Of a stretch of DNA of 64,000 bases, positions 36,656-47,351 are shown one piece after another. The notes below the pieces were generated by a model. It had not been told where the DNA came from. It ran no database searches and saw only the letters and a list, made by a program, of their open reading frames with translations. The stretch comes from an uncultured Acidobacteriota bacterium (GTDB lineage Bacteria; Acidobacteriota; Vicinamibacteria; Fen-336): NCBI GenBank assembly GCA_902826455.1, contig CADEEV010000006.1, positions 44,013 through 108,012 on the forward strand, written 5' to 3'. The translations under genes and the position numbers were made by a program. How positions within the stretch are numbered: the first letter of the stretch is position 1; every line of letters begins with the position of its first letter.

Positions 36656-38785
36656 ATGTTGAGATCCGGTTCGCGAGCGCTCGGCGCTCTTGCCGTCCTC
36701 CTGTTCGTGCCGTGGAGCCGGGCCCAGGACGTGCCCGCGGCCGACGCCAGTCCCTCCCCTGCCCCGTTCCGCATCAGCGAGGACGTGGTGGTGCAGGCCG
36801 TGCGCGCCGACGAGAATGCACCCGTCAGCCGCACGGAGATCACCCGGGAGGAGATCGAGACCCGCAACTTCGGCCAGGAGATGCCGTACCTGCTGAAGCA
36901 GGCGCCGGGGGTCACGTTCACGTCCGACACCGGCACGTCCGCGGGCTACGCGTACTTCTACATCCGCGGCATTCCCCAGACCCGCATCAACATGACCCTC
37001 GACGGCGTGCCCTTGAACGAGCCGGAGGAGCAGGCCCTCTACTTCGTGGACTTCGGCGACTTCACGAGCTCGCTGCAGTCGATCGAGATCCAGCGCGGCG
37101 TCGGGACCTCTCCGGTGGGCACGGCGTCCTACGGCGGCGCCGTCAGCTTCGAGAGCCTCGCGCTCGGCGAGAAGCCCGCCGCCGAGGCCGAGCTCGGCGC
37201 CGGCTCGTTCGATACCCGACGCGGCAGCGTCGCGGCCCAGAGCGGCCGCTTCGGGCCCGGCCTCGCCGCCTACGTGCGCGGAACGTACAAGGAGACCGAC
37301 GGCTTCCGCGACCGCAGCGGCGTGCAGCAGCGCAGCCTCTTCTTCGGGGGCTCCCACCAGGGCGCCGGCTCGTTCTTCAAGGTCTTCGGCTTCACGGGCC
37401 ACGAGGACACCCACCTCGCGTTCCTCGCCGTCGAGAAGGAGATCCTCGAGAACGACCTGCGCTTCAATCCCATGGCTCCCGAGGAGACGGACCACTTCGG
37501 GCAGGACTTCCTCCAGGCACAGTGGACGCGCGCGCTCGGCGCGGGCACGAACCTCTCGCTCCAGGGCTATCGCACGAGCGCCGGCGGGCACTACCGGATC
37601 TGGGCAGACGCGGACCACGGCGCTCTCTACCAGTACGCCCTCGACTGGCGGCTCTTCGGCGGCATCGCGACGCTCTCCCACCAGAACGGGCGCCTGAAGG
37701 CGAGCGGCGGCATCCACGCGAACGACTTCGACAGCGACCACGCGCGCTCCGTGGTCGACGCCGGCCCGGACTACGCGAATCGCGGCCACAAGAAGGAGAT
37801 CTCGGGCTTCGGCCGCCTCAGCTACGGCGTCGGCCCCGTCGAGCTCTACGGCGACGCCCAGCTGCGCCACGCGAGCTTCCGCTACGAGGGCGACCGCGCC
37901 CTCGGCTCGGTCGACTGGACCTTCGTGAACCCGCGCGTGGGCCTGCGCTGGGACGTGACCCCGGGCCTCGGGCTCTTCGCCTCCGTGGGCCGCGCCTCGC
38001 GCGAGCCCGCGCGCTCCGACCTGTTCGCGGGCGAGGACAACCCGACGCTCGCCTACGACCTCCGTGCCGTGAGACCCGAGCGCGTGGTGGACGTCGAGAC
38101 CGGCCTCGACTACCGGCGCCCCGGCCTGCGCGTGCAGACGAGCGTGTACGCCATGGAGTTCCGCAACGAGATCGCCCAGACCGGCGAGCTCTCGGAGATC
38201 GGGCTGCCGCTGCGCCGCAACGTGGACCGCAGCCATCGCCGCGGCCTCGAGCTCGACCTGCGCTGGGAGCCGAGGCCGTCCCTGCGCGTGTACGGGACCG
38301 CGAACCTGAGCGCCAACGCCATCGGCGAGTGGCGGCAGTTCTACGACGTCTACGGCCCGGACGGCAGCTACGTGGACGGCGTCAGCCGCGTCCTCCAGGA
38401 CGTGGATCCCCTGCTCACGCCGAGGGCGACGCTGAACCTGGGCTTCGACTGGACGCCGCTCGCGGACGTCACGGCGGGCCTGCGCGGACGCTACGTGTCG
38501 TCCGCCCATCTCGACAACACGGGCGACGACGCCTTCACGACGCCCTCCCACGCGGTCCTCGACGGGTCGCTCGCCGTGGGCCTCGGGCGCTGGATCAAGG
38601 CGGGCCGGCCCCGGCTGCGGCTCGAAGCCACGAACATCCTGGACGACGACCGGGTCTGGCCGACCGGCTACAGCTACGTCTACTTCAACCGCGACGCCGC
38701 GGGCCGCGACAGCCTCGCGGGCACGTCGTACTACTACCCGCAGGCGACGCGGGCGCTGTTCGTGAGCCTCGACCTGCGCTTCTAG
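36656..38785 (+). CDS. TonB-dependent receptor, probably for thiamine or a precursor
   Basis: Signal peptide; TonB-box-like EDVVVQA; plug with IRG...RINMTLDGVPLNEP; C-terminal LDLRF. Substrate inferred from the TPP riboswitch. Confidence 0.9.
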   Translation: MLRSGSRALGALAVLLFVPWSRAQDVPAADASPSPAPFRISEDVVVQAVRADENAPVSRTEITREEIETRNFGQEMPYLLKQAPGVTFTSDTGTSAGYAYFYIRGIPQTRINMTLDGVPLNEPEEQALYFVDFGDFTSSLQSIEIQRGVGTSPVGTASYGGAVSFESLALGEKPAAEAELGAGSFDTRRGSVAAQSGRFGPGLAAYVRGTYKETDGFRDRSGVQQRSLFFGGSHQGAGSFFKVFGFTGHEDTHLAFLAVEKEILENDLRFNPMAPEETDHFGQDFLQAQWTRALGAGTNLSLQGYRTSAGGHYRIWADADHGALYQYALDWRLFGGIATLSHQNGRLKASGGIHANDFDSDHARSVVDAGPDYANRGHKKEISGFGRLSYGVGPVELYGDAQLRHASFRYEGDRALGSVDWTFVNPRVGLRWDVTPGLGLFASVGRASREPARSDLFAGEDNPTLAYDLRAVRPERVVDVETGLDYRRPGLRVQTSVYAMEFRNEIAQTGELSEIGLPLRRNVDRSHRRGLELDLRWEPRPSLRVYGTANLSANAIGEWRQFYDVYGPDGSYVDGVSRVLQDVDPLLTPRATLNLGFDWTPLADVTAGLRGRYVSSAHLDNTGDDAFTTPSHAVLDGSLAVGLGRWIKAGRPRLRLEATNILDDDRVWPTGYSYVYFNRDAAGRDSLAGTSYYYPQATRALFVSLDLRF

Positions 38786-38788
38786 CCG

Positions 38789-39907
38789 TCAGGACGGCGG
38801 GAGCACCGCCGCGATCACGGTCGCGAGCTCGCTGTAGCCGCGCTCGTTGTAGTGCTTGAAGTCCAACGGGCCGTGGATGAGCTCCCGCTCCGCCACGGTC
38901 CGCAGCGCCGGCCGGGCGTCCAGGAACGCGACGCCCAGCCGCGCGCAGGCGGCCCGCACGCGCGCCGCGATGAAGTCGCTGCGCTCGGTCACGAGGGCGC
39001 TCGGGTACTCGCGCGCGTCGCCCTCGCGGTACTTCTGGGCGTCCACCTGGCGCGAGAGCAACGGGTAGGAGGCGAGGGGCGACGGCAGGTACACGACGAG
39101 GCGCGGCACGTCGGGATACAGCTCGCGGCTCGCGTCGAGGGAGCGCTCGAAGAACGCGAGGGCCTCCTCGAGCTCGGCGGCGCTCAGCCCCAGGGCCGGG
39201 CCCTGCAGGTGCAGCGGCAACGCGTGCCTCACGCCCTGGAGCCGGACCACGTTCGGCGTCGGATCGCCGCGGTCCGCGTTGGGGGCGGGGTTCTCGACGC
39301 GGGTGTCCTCGGCCTCCGGCCCGCGCAGCCACATCCCGAGGCGGTGCTTCGCCGCGTGGGCCAGCACGAAGCCGTCGAGGCGGCTGCAGCGGTCGGGCGG
39401 CTCCGGCCGGACCGCTTCGACGAGGTTGTCGTCGAGGTCGTTGCCTTCGTAGAAATAGGCCAGCACCAGGCCGGGCGCGGGAAGATCGAAGAGCGGGGCG
39501 AGACAGGCCGCGCGCTGGCGCGGCTCGATCACGTACCCGCGCAGGCTGCCCGTGCCGGAGCGGGCGAACGAGAGCACGTCGCGGCCCGTGAGCTGGTGGA
39601 GCACGTGGGCGCTGTGGAACGGCGGGTTGGCGCCGGCCGGCGCGCTGCGCAGCCAGTCGCCCGCGCCGAGGGCGTACGAGTCCCCTTCCATGAGGATGTA
39701 GCCGGGCCGCGGCAGGATTCCCTGCTTCGAGGTCTGGGCGAGCAGGCGGACCTCCCGCGCCAGGAACTCCTGCCGGTTCAGGGGCACGCGGTCGAGCAGG
39801 ACGCGGGAGACCACGGCTTCGCAGGCGAGGTACGTGACGCACGCGCTGCCCAACGCCAGGGCCGCGTTGCGGAGCGCCGGGCGCGAGGGCGCCGCTACTC
39901 GGGACAG
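38789..39907 (-). CDS. Membrane-anchored SGNH/GDSL-like protein
   Basis: GDSYALG, YEGNDL and DFKHYN blocks; hydrophobic N-terminus. No clean ATG was found, so the 5' coordinate is approximate. Confidence 0.65.
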   Translation of the reverse strand: MSRVAAPSRPALRNAALALGSACVTYLACEAVVSRVLLDRVPLNRQEFLAREVRLLAQTSKQGILPRPGYILMEGDSYALGAGDWLRSAPAGANPPFHSAHVLHQLTGRDVLSFARSGTGSLRGYVIEPRQRAACLAPLFDLPAPGLVLAYFYEGNDLDDNLVEAVRPEPPDRCSRLDGFVLAHAAKHRLGMWLRGPEAEDTRVENPAPNADRGDPTPNVVRLQGVRHALPLHLQGPALGLSAAELEEALAFFERSLDASRELYPDVPRLVVYLPSPLASYPLLSRQVDAQKYREGDAREYPSALVTERSDFIAARVRAACARLGVAFLDARPALRTVAERELIHGPLDFKHYNERGYSELATVIAAVLPPS

Positions 39908-40470
39908 GCGGCTCCCTTGTCCGCCCACGCCTTCATCGCGACCGCGAAGGCCTTGTGGCTCAAGGGAGGCAGCGTGCGCCCGTCGCCGGGGCTCCAGCCC
40001 CATTTCACCAGGGGATCGCTCGTGACGTGCTCGACGATCTGGTCGAGGCTCTTGCCGCCGTTCTCCTCGGGGTTCTTGAACTGCGCGCACAGTTCGGCGG
40101 CCGTGCGGCCCTCGAAGACCATCTTCATCGTCGGCGGCGGCAGGTGCCAGTTGGGCGCGCCGGGGGGCATGTGGAGCCCGGGCGTGTTCTGCGGCTGGTG
40201 GCAGTTGGCGCAGCGCAGCGCCGTCACGCCTTTGCCCTCGGGTCCGCGCTTGACGTTCATGAGGTGCGGCCGCGAGGCGTCGCCCTGCAGCGGCCGGTCG
40301 CTCGAAGGATGGCAGTTGAGACAGCGCGGGCTCAGGAACACCGGCGCCGCCTTCAGGAAGAAGGCGCGCGCGCCGGCCTCGTCCGGCGGCAGCGGCGCCG
40401 GCTTGTCGGCGGAGCCGGCGCCCGCGGCGCCGATCAGCAGCGCCGCCAGGCCGAGGGCGAGCACCCTCAC
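39895..40470 (-). CDS. Exported di-heme c-type cytochrome (Ior-associated subunit)
   Basis: GTG overlaps the upstream stop; signal peptide; two CxxCH motifs, CLNCH and CANCH. Confidence 0.85.
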   Translation of the reverse strand: MRVLALGLAALLIGAAGAGSADKPAPLPPDEAGARAFFLKAAPVFLSPRCLNCHPSSDRPLQGDASRPHLMNVKRGPEGKGVTALRCANCHQPQNTPGLHMPPGAPNWHLPPPTMKMVFEGRTAAELCAQFKNPEENGGKSLDQIVEHVTSDPLVKWGWSPGDGRTLPPLSHKAFAVAMKAWADKGAACPE

Positions 40471-42620
40471 GCGAGACCCAGGTCCTGGGGACGCACCGGC
40501 AGGTGCCGGATGCGGCGGCCCGTGAGCACGGCGATCGCGTTGATCACCGCCGGCGCCAGCGGCGGCACGCCCGGCTCGCCGACACCGCCAGGCTTCGCGT
40601 CGCTCGGCACGATGTGCACCTCGACCTGCGGCATCTCGTTCATGCGCAGGATCGGGTAGTCGTGGAAGTTCGACTGCTCGACGCGGCCGTCCTTGATCGT
40701 GATCTCGCCGTACAGGACGGCGCTCAGGCCGAAGGCCACGGCGCCCTCGAGCTGGGCCGCGATCGTGTCGGGGTTCACGATGCGGCCGCAGTCGATCGCG
40801 CAGACGACGCGGTGGACCCGCACGCCGGAGCCGGCGAGGGAGACCTCGGCCACCTGGGCGACGAGGCTTCCGAAGGAGGCGTGGACCGCGAGGCCCCGGG
40901 CGCGGCCGGGAGCGAGCGCCTGGCCCCAGCCCGCGCGCTCGGCGGCGAGATCGAGCACGCGGCGCGTGCGGGGCTCGTTCTCGAGGAGCGCCCGGCGCAT
41001 CTCGAGGGGGTCGCGGCCCGCGGCCTCGGCCATCTCGTCCAGGAAGCTCTCGACCACGAAGGCCGTGTGGGAGTGGCCCACCGAGCGCCACCACAACACC
41101 GGGACGTTGGACCTGGGGCTGTGGAGCTCGACGCGCAGGTTGGGAACCGCGTAGGGCATGTCGGCGGCGCCCTCGACCGAGGAGTCGTCGATGCCGTTCT
41201 TGATCCCGTCCTCGAACGGCGTCCCGGCGAGCAGCGACTGCCCCACGATCGTGTGGCTCCAGGCCACGAGGCTGCCGTTCGCGTCGAGCCCGCCGCTGAT
41301 GCGGTCGTGCCACATGGGCCGGTAGTAGCCGCCGCGCAGGTCGTCCTCCCGCGTCCACAGCACCTTCACCGGGACCTTGACGGCCTTCGCCACCTCGACG
41401 GCTTCGGTGACGAAGTCGTGGCTCGGCGTGGCGCGCCGGCCGAAGCCGCCGCCCAGCAGGGTCGTGTGGATCTGCACGTCCTCCGGCCGGAGGCCGGTCC
41501 GTTTCGCCGCCGCGTCGCGGTCGCCGGTCTGGAACTGCGTGCCGGTCCAGATCTCGCAGCGATCCGCCCGCAGGTCCACGACGCAGCTCAGGGGCTCCAT
41601 CATCGCGTGGGCCAGGAAGGGCACGTCGTACTCGGTGCTGAGGGTCTTCGCGGCCCCGGTCAAGGCCGCCGCCGCGTCGCCGCGGTTCGTCGCGACGAGG
41701 CCCGGGGTCTTCGCGAGGGCCGCGTACTCCTGCTGGAGCGCATCGGTCGAGGCGACGGCGCCCGCCGGCGCGGCGCTCCACTCCACGACCAGGGCCTCGC
41801 GGCCCTTCCGGGCCGCCCAGAAACCGGTGGCCGCCACCGCGACGCCTTGAGGGATCGTCGCGACGGCCTTCACGCCGGGCACCGCCTTCGCGCGCGCGGC
41901 GTCGACCTTCACCACCGTCGCCCCGAACACCGGCGGCCGCAGCACGAGGGCCACCAGCATCCCCGGGAGGTTCACGTCGCCGGCGAACTGCGCCGTGCCG
42001 TCCACCTTCGACGGCGTGTCGAGCCGGGGCATCGGACGCCCGAGGATCTTGAAGTCGGCCGGATCCTTGAGCGGGACGTTCACCGGCGGCTCCTGGCTCG
42101 CCGCCGCCTCGGCGAGGGCGCCGTACGACGAGCGGCGTCCGCTCGCGGCGTGGAGGACGAAGCCCTTCTCGGCCCGGCAGCTCGCGGCGTCGACGCCCCA
42201 GGAACGAGCCGCCGCCGCGACCAGCATCACGCGTGCGGTGGCGCCCGCCCTTCGCATGCGCTCCCACTCCGACGAAACGCTGCTGCTGCCGCCGGTCATC
42301 TGGATGCCGAAGGACGCGTGGTTGTAGGCGGGATCCACGGGCGCCGACTCGACGCGCAGCTTCGACCAGTCCGCCTCGAGGTCCTCGGCCACCAGCATCG
42401 CCAGCGACGTGTAGACGCCCTGGCCCATCTCGGCCTTGCCGACGATGACGGTCACGAGGTCGTCCGCGCCGATGCGCACGAACGCGCTCGGAGCGAAGGC
42501 GCTGCGCGTGGCGGCCGCGACGCGCGTCGCGCGGCCGGGCAGCGCCACGCCGATCAGGAGGCCGCCGCCGGCCGCCGCGCCGATCTTGAGGAAGTCACGG
42601 CGACCGACGGCGTCGCTCAA
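40467..42620 (-). CDS. Molybdopterin oxidoreductase large subunit (IorB-like), second copy
   Basis: TTG 42620 overlaps the small-subunit stop. Tat GRRDFLK; [24 protein letters not shown] and GVGEPG. Confidence 0.9.
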   Translation of the reverse strand: MSDAVGRRDFLKIGAAAGGGLLIGVALPGRATRVAAATRSAFAPSAFVRIGADDLVTVIVGKAEMGQGVYTSLAMLVAEDLEADWSKLRVESAPVDPAYNHASFGIQMTGGSSSVSSEWERMRRAGATARVMLVAAAARSWGVDAASCRAEKGFVLHAASGRRSSYGALAEAAASQEPPVNVPLKDPADFKILGRPMPRLDTPSKVDGTAQFAGDVNLPGMLVALVLRPPVFGATVVKVDAARAKAVPGVKAVATIPQGVAVAATGFWAARKGREALVVEWSAAPAGAVASTDALQQEYAALAKTPGLVATNRGDAAAALTGAAKTLSTEYDVPFLAHAMMEPLSCVVDLRADRCEIWTGTQFQTGDRDAAAKRTGLRPEDVQIHTTLLGGGFGRRATPSHDFVTEAVEVAKAVKVPVKVLWTREDDLRGGYYRPMWHDRISGGLDANGSLVAWSHTIVGQSLLAGTPFEDGIKNGIDDSSVEGAADMPYAVPNLRVELHSPRSNVPVLWWRSVGHSHTAFVVESFLDEMAEAAGRDPLEMRRALLENEPRTRRVLDLAAERAGWGQALAPGRARGLAVHASFGSLVAQVAEVSLAGSGVRVHRVVCAIDCGRIVNPDTIAAQLEGAVAFGLSAVLYGEITIKDGRVEQSNFHDYPILRMNEMPQVEVHIVPSDAKPGGVGEPGVPPLAPAVINAIAVLTGRRIRHLPVRPQDLGLA

Positions 42621-43084
42621 GCCTTCTCTCCGGCGATGTCCTTCGCGGCGCGGTGGATCGCCTTGCGGATGCGCTGGTAGGTGCCGCAGCGGCACAGGTT
42701 GCCCGACATGGCGTCGTCGATGTCGGCGTCGCTGGGCTGGGGCTTCTCGCGCAGCAGCACGGCGGCGCACATGATCTGGCCCGACTGACAGTAGCCGCAC
42801 TGCGGCACTTCCTCGGCGATCCAGGCGCGCTGCACGGCGCTCGACACGCCCGGGGACAGGCCCTCGATCGTCGTCACGTGCCGGCCCTCGGCGGCCGAGA
42901 GCGGTGTCACGCAGGAGCGCACGGCCTCGCCGTCGAGGTGGATCGTGCAGGCGCCGCACAGCGACATGCCGCAGCCGAAGCGCGTGCCGGTCAGGCGCAG
43001 CTCCTCCCGCAGCACCCAGAGCAGCGGCATGCTGGGGTCGGCGTCGAGCTCCAGGCGCTTTCCGTTGACGGTCAGCCGGGTCAT
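42617..43084 (-). CDS. (2Fe-2S)-binding small subunit (IorA-like), second copy
   Basis: [25 protein letters not shown] and LCRCGTY; ATG 43084. Confidence 0.92.
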   Translation of the reverse strand: MTRLTVNGKRLELDADPSMPLLWVLREELRLTGTRFGCGMSLCGACTIHLDGEAVRSCVTPLSAAEGRHVTTIEGLSPGVSSAVQRAWIAEEVPQCGYCQSGQIMCAAVLLREKPQPSDADIDDAMSGNLCRCGTYQRIRKAIHRAAKDIAGEKA

Positions 43085-43146
43085 CAGGTCCCCCGCGAGA
43101 TGATACAACGCGGCTCGCGGCGCCGGCAGTGTAGGATCGCTCCCCG

Positions 43147-44004
43147 ATGCAGATCTCGACCGTCGGAATCGTGGGCGCCGGCACCATGGGCCAGGGCATC
43201 GCGACGACCTGCGCCGCCGCCGGCCTCGACGTGCTTCTCGCCGAGCGGTCTCCCGAGATCGCGGCGGGCTGCCTCGAGGCGATCGGCGAGGATCTCGACC
43301 GCGACATCGCCAAGTGGCGGCGCACGGAATCGGAGAAGAAGGCGATCCTGGCCCGCATCCGCCTCGTGGCCGGCCTGCCCGCCCTCGAGGCCGCGCACCT
43401 GGTGATCGAGGCGGTGCCCGAGGACCTCGAGCTCAAGTGCGCGCTGTTTCGCGAACTCGACGGCATCTGCCCGCCGGAGGACATCCTCGCCACCAACACC
43501 TCGACGCTCTCGGTGACCGAGATCGCGACCCACACGAAGCGGCCCGACCGCGTGATCGGCCTGCACTTCCTGCACCCGGCGCCGCGCGTGCCGCTCGTCG
43601 AGGTGGTGCGGGGCCTCAAGACCTCGAACGAGACCTTCGCGGCCTCGCGGGAGTTCGTGCGGGTCCTGGACAAGACGGCGGTCGAGGTGTTCGAGTATCC
43701 CGGCTACGTCACGACGCGCGTGATGCTGCCGTTCCTCAACGAGGCGATGCACGTCGTGATGGAGGGCGTCGCGTCGGCGGAGGCCGTCGACACCGCCATG
43801 AAGCTCGGCTACGGCCTGCCCGTGGGCCCGCTGGCCCTCGCCGACCGCATGGGCCTCGACGAGGTCATGCGCTGGATGCAGTACCTGTTCGACGAGCTCG
43901 GCGACCTCAAGTACCGGCCCTGCCCGCTGCTGCGCAAGATGATCCGGGCCGGCCACCTCGGGGTGAAGAGCGGCCGCGGCTTCTTCGAGTACGAGCCCGA
44001 GTGA
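43147..44004 (+). CDS. hbd: 3-hydroxybutyryl-CoA / 3-hydroxyacyl-CoA dehydrogenase
   Basis: [29 protein letters not shown] and [12 protein letters not shown]. Confidence 0.9.
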   Translation: MQISTVGIVGAGTMGQGIATTCAAAGLDVLLAERSPEIAAGCLEAIGEDLDRDIAKWRRTESEKKAILARIRLVAGLPALEAAHLVIEAVPEDLELKCALFRELDGICPPEDILATNTSTLSVTEIATHTKRPDRVIGLHFLHPAPRVPLVEVVRGLKTSNETFAASREFVRVLDKTAVEVFEYPGYVTTRVMLPFLNEAMHVVMEGVASAEAVDTAMKLGYGLPVGPLALADRMGLDEVMRWMQYLFDELGDLKYRPCPLLRKMIRAGHLGVKSGRGFFEYEPE

Positions 44005-45236
44005 AGATCCTCGTCCTCAACTGCGGCAGCTCGTCGCTCAAGTTCCAGCTCGTCGAGACCGACGCGGCGGCCGAGGCCGCCGGCACCGACCGCACTCTCG
44101 CGAAGGGCCTGATCGAGAACATCGGCTCGACGGCGGTGCTGAAGTACGAGCGTCCCGGAGCGAAGCCCGTCAAGGAGACCGCCGAGATCCTCGAGCACAA
44201 GATCGCCGTGGAACGCTCGATCGCGCTGCTGACCGACGCGGAGACGGGCGTGCTGCGGGACCGCTCGGAGATCGGCGCGGTGGGCCACCGCGTGGTCCAC
44301 GGCGGCGAGCGCTTCAAGGCCTCGGTCAGGATCGACGACGCGGTCCTCGAGGGCATCGAGGACTGCTTCGACATGGCGCCGCTCCACAACCCGCCCAACG
44401 TGCGCGGCTACCGGGCGGCCCGCGCCGTGCTCGGGAGCGTCGACCACGTCGCGGTCTTCGACACCTCGTTCCACCAGACGATGCCGCCCGAGGCGTACGT
44501 GTACGGGCTGCCCTACGCGCTCTACCAGCGCCACGGCATCCGGCGCTACGGCTTCCACGGCACGTCCCACCGCTTCGTGTCGCGGCGCCTCGCCGCCCTG
44601 CTCGGCCGCGCCCACGACGATCCCGGCCTGCGCGTGATCACGTGCCATCTCGGCAACGGCTGCTCGGTCGCGGCGATCCGGGGCGGGCGCTCGATCGACA
44701 CCTCCATGGGCTTCACGCCGCTCGAGGGCCTCGTGATGGGCACGCGCTGCGGCGACATCGACCCGGCGGCGCTGCTCCACGTCGTGCTGCGCGAGGAGAT
44801 CGGGTCGGCCGAGGTCAACGCCCTCGCCAACAAGCACAGCGGGCTCCTCGGGATCTCGGGCCTGTCCCACGACATGCGCACGCTGCTCGAGGCCGCGGGC
44901 CAGGGCAACGAGCGCGCGCGCCTGGCGATCGACGTCTTCTGCTACCGCCTGCGCAAGTACATCGCGGCGTACGTCGGCGCCCTGGGCGGCGTCGACGCCG
45001 TGGCCTTCGCCGGCGGCATCGGCGAGAACGCCGCGGCGATCCGCGCGCAGTCGCTGCGCGGCCTCGACGCCGTGGGGCTCGGCCTCGACCCCGCGACGAA
45101 CGCGGCGGCCGTCGGCACGGAAGCCGAGATCTCGCCTTCCGGCGCCCGCGCCCGCGTGTTCGTGGTGCCGACCAACGAAGAGCTGCTGATCGCCCGGGAC
45201 ACGTTCCGCATCGTCTCGGGCCTGCCGCCGGCCTGA
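44001..45236 (+). CDS. ackA: Acetate kinase
   Basis: GTG overlaps the hbd stop; ILVLNCGSSSLK, GHRVVHGG, APLHNP, RYGFHGTSH, HLGNG, GGIGEN and PTNEE. Confidence 0.95.
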   Translation: MKILVLNCGSSSLKFQLVETDAAAEAAGTDRTLAKGLIENIGSTAVLKYERPGAKPVKETAEILEHKIAVERSIALLTDAETGVLRDRSEIGAVGHRVVHGGERFKASVRIDDAVLEGIEDCFDMAPLHNPPNVRGYRAARAVLGSVDHVAVFDTSFHQTMPPEAYVYGLPYALYQRHGIRRYGFHGTSHRFVSRRLAALLGRAHDDPGLRVITCHLGNGCSVAAIRGGRSIDTSMGFTPLEGLVMGTRCGDIDPAALLHVVLREEIGSAEVNALANKHSGLLGISGLSHDMRTLLEAAGQGNERARLAIDVFCYRLRKYIAAYVGALGGVDAVAFAGGIGENAAAIRAQSLRGLDAVGLGLDPATNAAAVGTEAEISPSGARARVFVVPTNEELLIARDTFRIVSGLPPA

Positions 45237-45247
45237 AAGGAGCCTGC

Positions 45248-46231
45248 ATGTTCATGGACGAGATGCGCGCCCGGGTCCGCGGCAAGGGCGTCCGCATCGT
45301 CTATCCGGAAGGCCTCGAGGAGCGGGCGCTCCGGGCCGCCGTGGAGCTGCGCGACCAGGACCTCGTCGTGCCGATCCTGCTGGGCCCGGTGGAAGCCTTG
45401 CGCCGGAAGGCGGCCGGGCTCGGCCTCGATCTGGGCGCGATCGAGATCCACGATCCCCTGAGCGACGCGGCGGCCGCGGCCTACGCGTCCGACTACCACG
45501 CGCTGCGACGGCACAAGGGCGTGACGCCCGAGGCGGCCCGCGAGCAAGCACGGCTTCCCCACTACTACGGCGCGCTGATGGTGCGCGCCGGCGCCGCGGC
45601 CGGCATGGTCTCGGGCCTCGAAAGCGAGACGAAGCCGTTCCTGCCGGCCTTCGAGGTGGTGAGGATGGCCGAGGGCTTCGGCCGCGCGTCGTCGTTGTTC
45701 GTGATGTCGTGGCCCGACAAGACGCTCTTCTACGCCGACTGCTCGGTCAACATCGCCCCCGACGCCCAGGCCCTGGCCGAGATCGGCCGCGCCACCGCCG
45801 GGAGCGTGCGCTCCTTCGGTCACGAGCCGCGCCTCGCGTACCTCTCGTTCTCCACCCGCGACAGCGCCCGCGACGCGTCGGTCGATCGCGTGAAGCAGGC
45901 GGTCGCCCTGGTGCGCGCGGCCGAGCCGGGCCTCGTGGTCGACGGCGAGCTGCAGTTCGACGCGGCCTACGTCGCGAGCGTCGCGAAGAAGAAGGCGCCC
46001 GACAGCCCCTTCGCCGCGGCGCCGGCCAACGTGTTCCTGTTCCCCGACCTCAACGCCGGCAACATCGCCTACAAGATCACCGAGCGGCTGGCGGGCGCCG
46101 CCGCGATCGGGCCGATCCTGCAGGGCCTGCGCCAGCCGGTGAACGACGTGTCGCGGGGCTGCTCCTACCGCGACCTGGCCGACGTGGCCGTGATCAGCGC
46201 CGTCCAGGCCCTGGCTTCGGCGCGTCCGTGA
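45248..46231 (+). CDS. pta: Phosphate acetyltransferase
   Basis: IVYPEG, YADCS, LSFST, VDGELQFDAA, FPDLNAGNIAYK, GPILQG and NDVSRG. Confidence 0.9.
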   Translation: MFMDEMRARVRGKGVRIVYPEGLEERALRAAVELRDQDLVVPILLGPVEALRRKAAGLGLDLGAIEIHDPLSDAAAAAYASDYHALRRHKGVTPEAAREQARLPHYYGALMVRAGAAAGMVSGLESETKPFLPAFEVVRMAEGFGRASSLFVMSWPDKTLFYADCSVNIAPDAQALAEIGRATAGSVRSFGHEPRLAYLSFSTRDSARDASVDRVKQAVALVRAAEPGLVVDGELQFDAAYVASVAKKKAPDSPFAAAPANVFLFPDLNAGNIAYKITERLAGAAAIGPILQGLRQPVNDVSRGCSYRDLADVAVISAVQALASARP

Positions 46232-47351
46232 GCCAGACCGCGTAGCTCTCGACCACCGCGGCCTTGCGGTTCACCTCGAGGACCCCGAGGCGGACCCGGC
46301 CGTCGTTCGTGAACTGCAGGCGCATGAAGCCCGCCTTGCTCGAGGCGAAGCGCGAGCCGGGGATGCGCTTCACGGCGTTCTCGTGGTCGTAGATGCCGGC
46401 GCCGCTGACCAGCAGGTGGCGCGCGCTGTGGCCGTCGATGACCTGCTGCGCGTGCTCGTGGCCCGCCGCGAAGGCGAGGGGCGGGTGCTCGCGGAGCACG
46501 CTCTCGATCGACTCGCGCATGTGGCGGTTCACCTCGCTCGTGATGTCCTGGGCCGTGGCGCCGGCCTTGCGCGCGAGCGGGTACAGGGAACCGATGAGCG
46601 GCAGCGGCAGCCAGAGACCGCGCCGCGCGTCGGTGAGCGGAAACAGGTGCTGCTTGAAGGTGAAGTAGCCGCCGTGGGGCCCGCCGGTGGCGAGCGGGTG
46701 GTGGGCGGTCACGACCACGTGGCGCGTGCCGGCGCCCTGCAGCGCCGCGTTCAAGGCCGCGAGCACCTCGGCTTCGGAGTCCTGGGGGCACGAGGAGGTG
46801 GGGTCGATCGGCTTGTCGAAGCCGTGGAGCCACCACTGGGTGTCGAGCATCACGAGCCGCAGCCAGGGTCCGACGTCCTCCACGGCCGGGCCGGGGCAGC
46901 CGTCCTTGGGCAGCATCTGCACCGTGCCCTGGCCGCGCTCGTCGATGCGCTGGCCCTGGCGCCGGATCGCGTTCCAGCCGTCGGTGCCCTCTCCGGCCCA
47001 GTCGTGGTTGCCCGGCACGAAGAAGCCCCGCGCTCCGGACGCCCGCGCCACCTCCACCTGGGTGTCGAGGCGGCGCTCCTGTTCGCCGCGGCCCGGGTGG
47101 CCCGGCGGCGCGAGGCCCACCTCGTACAGGTTGTCGCCCAGGAAGACGACGGCCGTGTGGGCCGGGTCGCGTGCGAGCTCGCGCGAGAGCGCGATCAGCA
47201 CGGGCTCGCCGCCCGGGGCCGGGTCGCCGGCGTCGCCGATCAGGATCAGCGTCTCGGAGACGTCCTGGGCCGGCGGCACGGCCGGGGCCGGCGCGACGAG
47301 GAGCAGGGCCGCGGCCAGGCAGGGTGCGGCCAGCGCCGTACCGGCGTTCAT
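46194..47351 (-). CDS. Exported calcineurin-like metallophosphoesterase
   Basis: Signal peptide; LIGDAG, FLGDNLY, PGNHDW, AHHP and AGHEH. Overlaps the pta 3' end convergently by 38 nt. Confidence 0.85.
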   Translation of the reverse strand: MNAGTALAAPCLAAALLLVAPAPAVPPAQDVSETLILIGDAGDPAPGGEPVLIALSRELARDPAHTAVVFLGDNLYEVGLAPPGHPGRGEQERRLDTQVEVARASGARGFFVPGNHDWAGEGTDGWNAIRRQGQRIDERGQGTVQMLPKDGCPGPAVEDVGPWLRLVMLDTQWWLHGFDKPIDPTSSCPQDSEAEVLAALNAALQGAGTRHVVVTAHHPLATGGPHGGYFTFKQHLFPLTDARRGLWLPLPLIGSLYPLARKAGATAQDITSEVNRHMRESIESVLREHPPLAFAAGHEHAQQVIDGHSARHLLVSGAGIYDHENAVKRIPGSRFASSKAGFMRLQFTNDGRVRLGVLEVNRKAAVVESYAVWLTDAPKPGPGRR

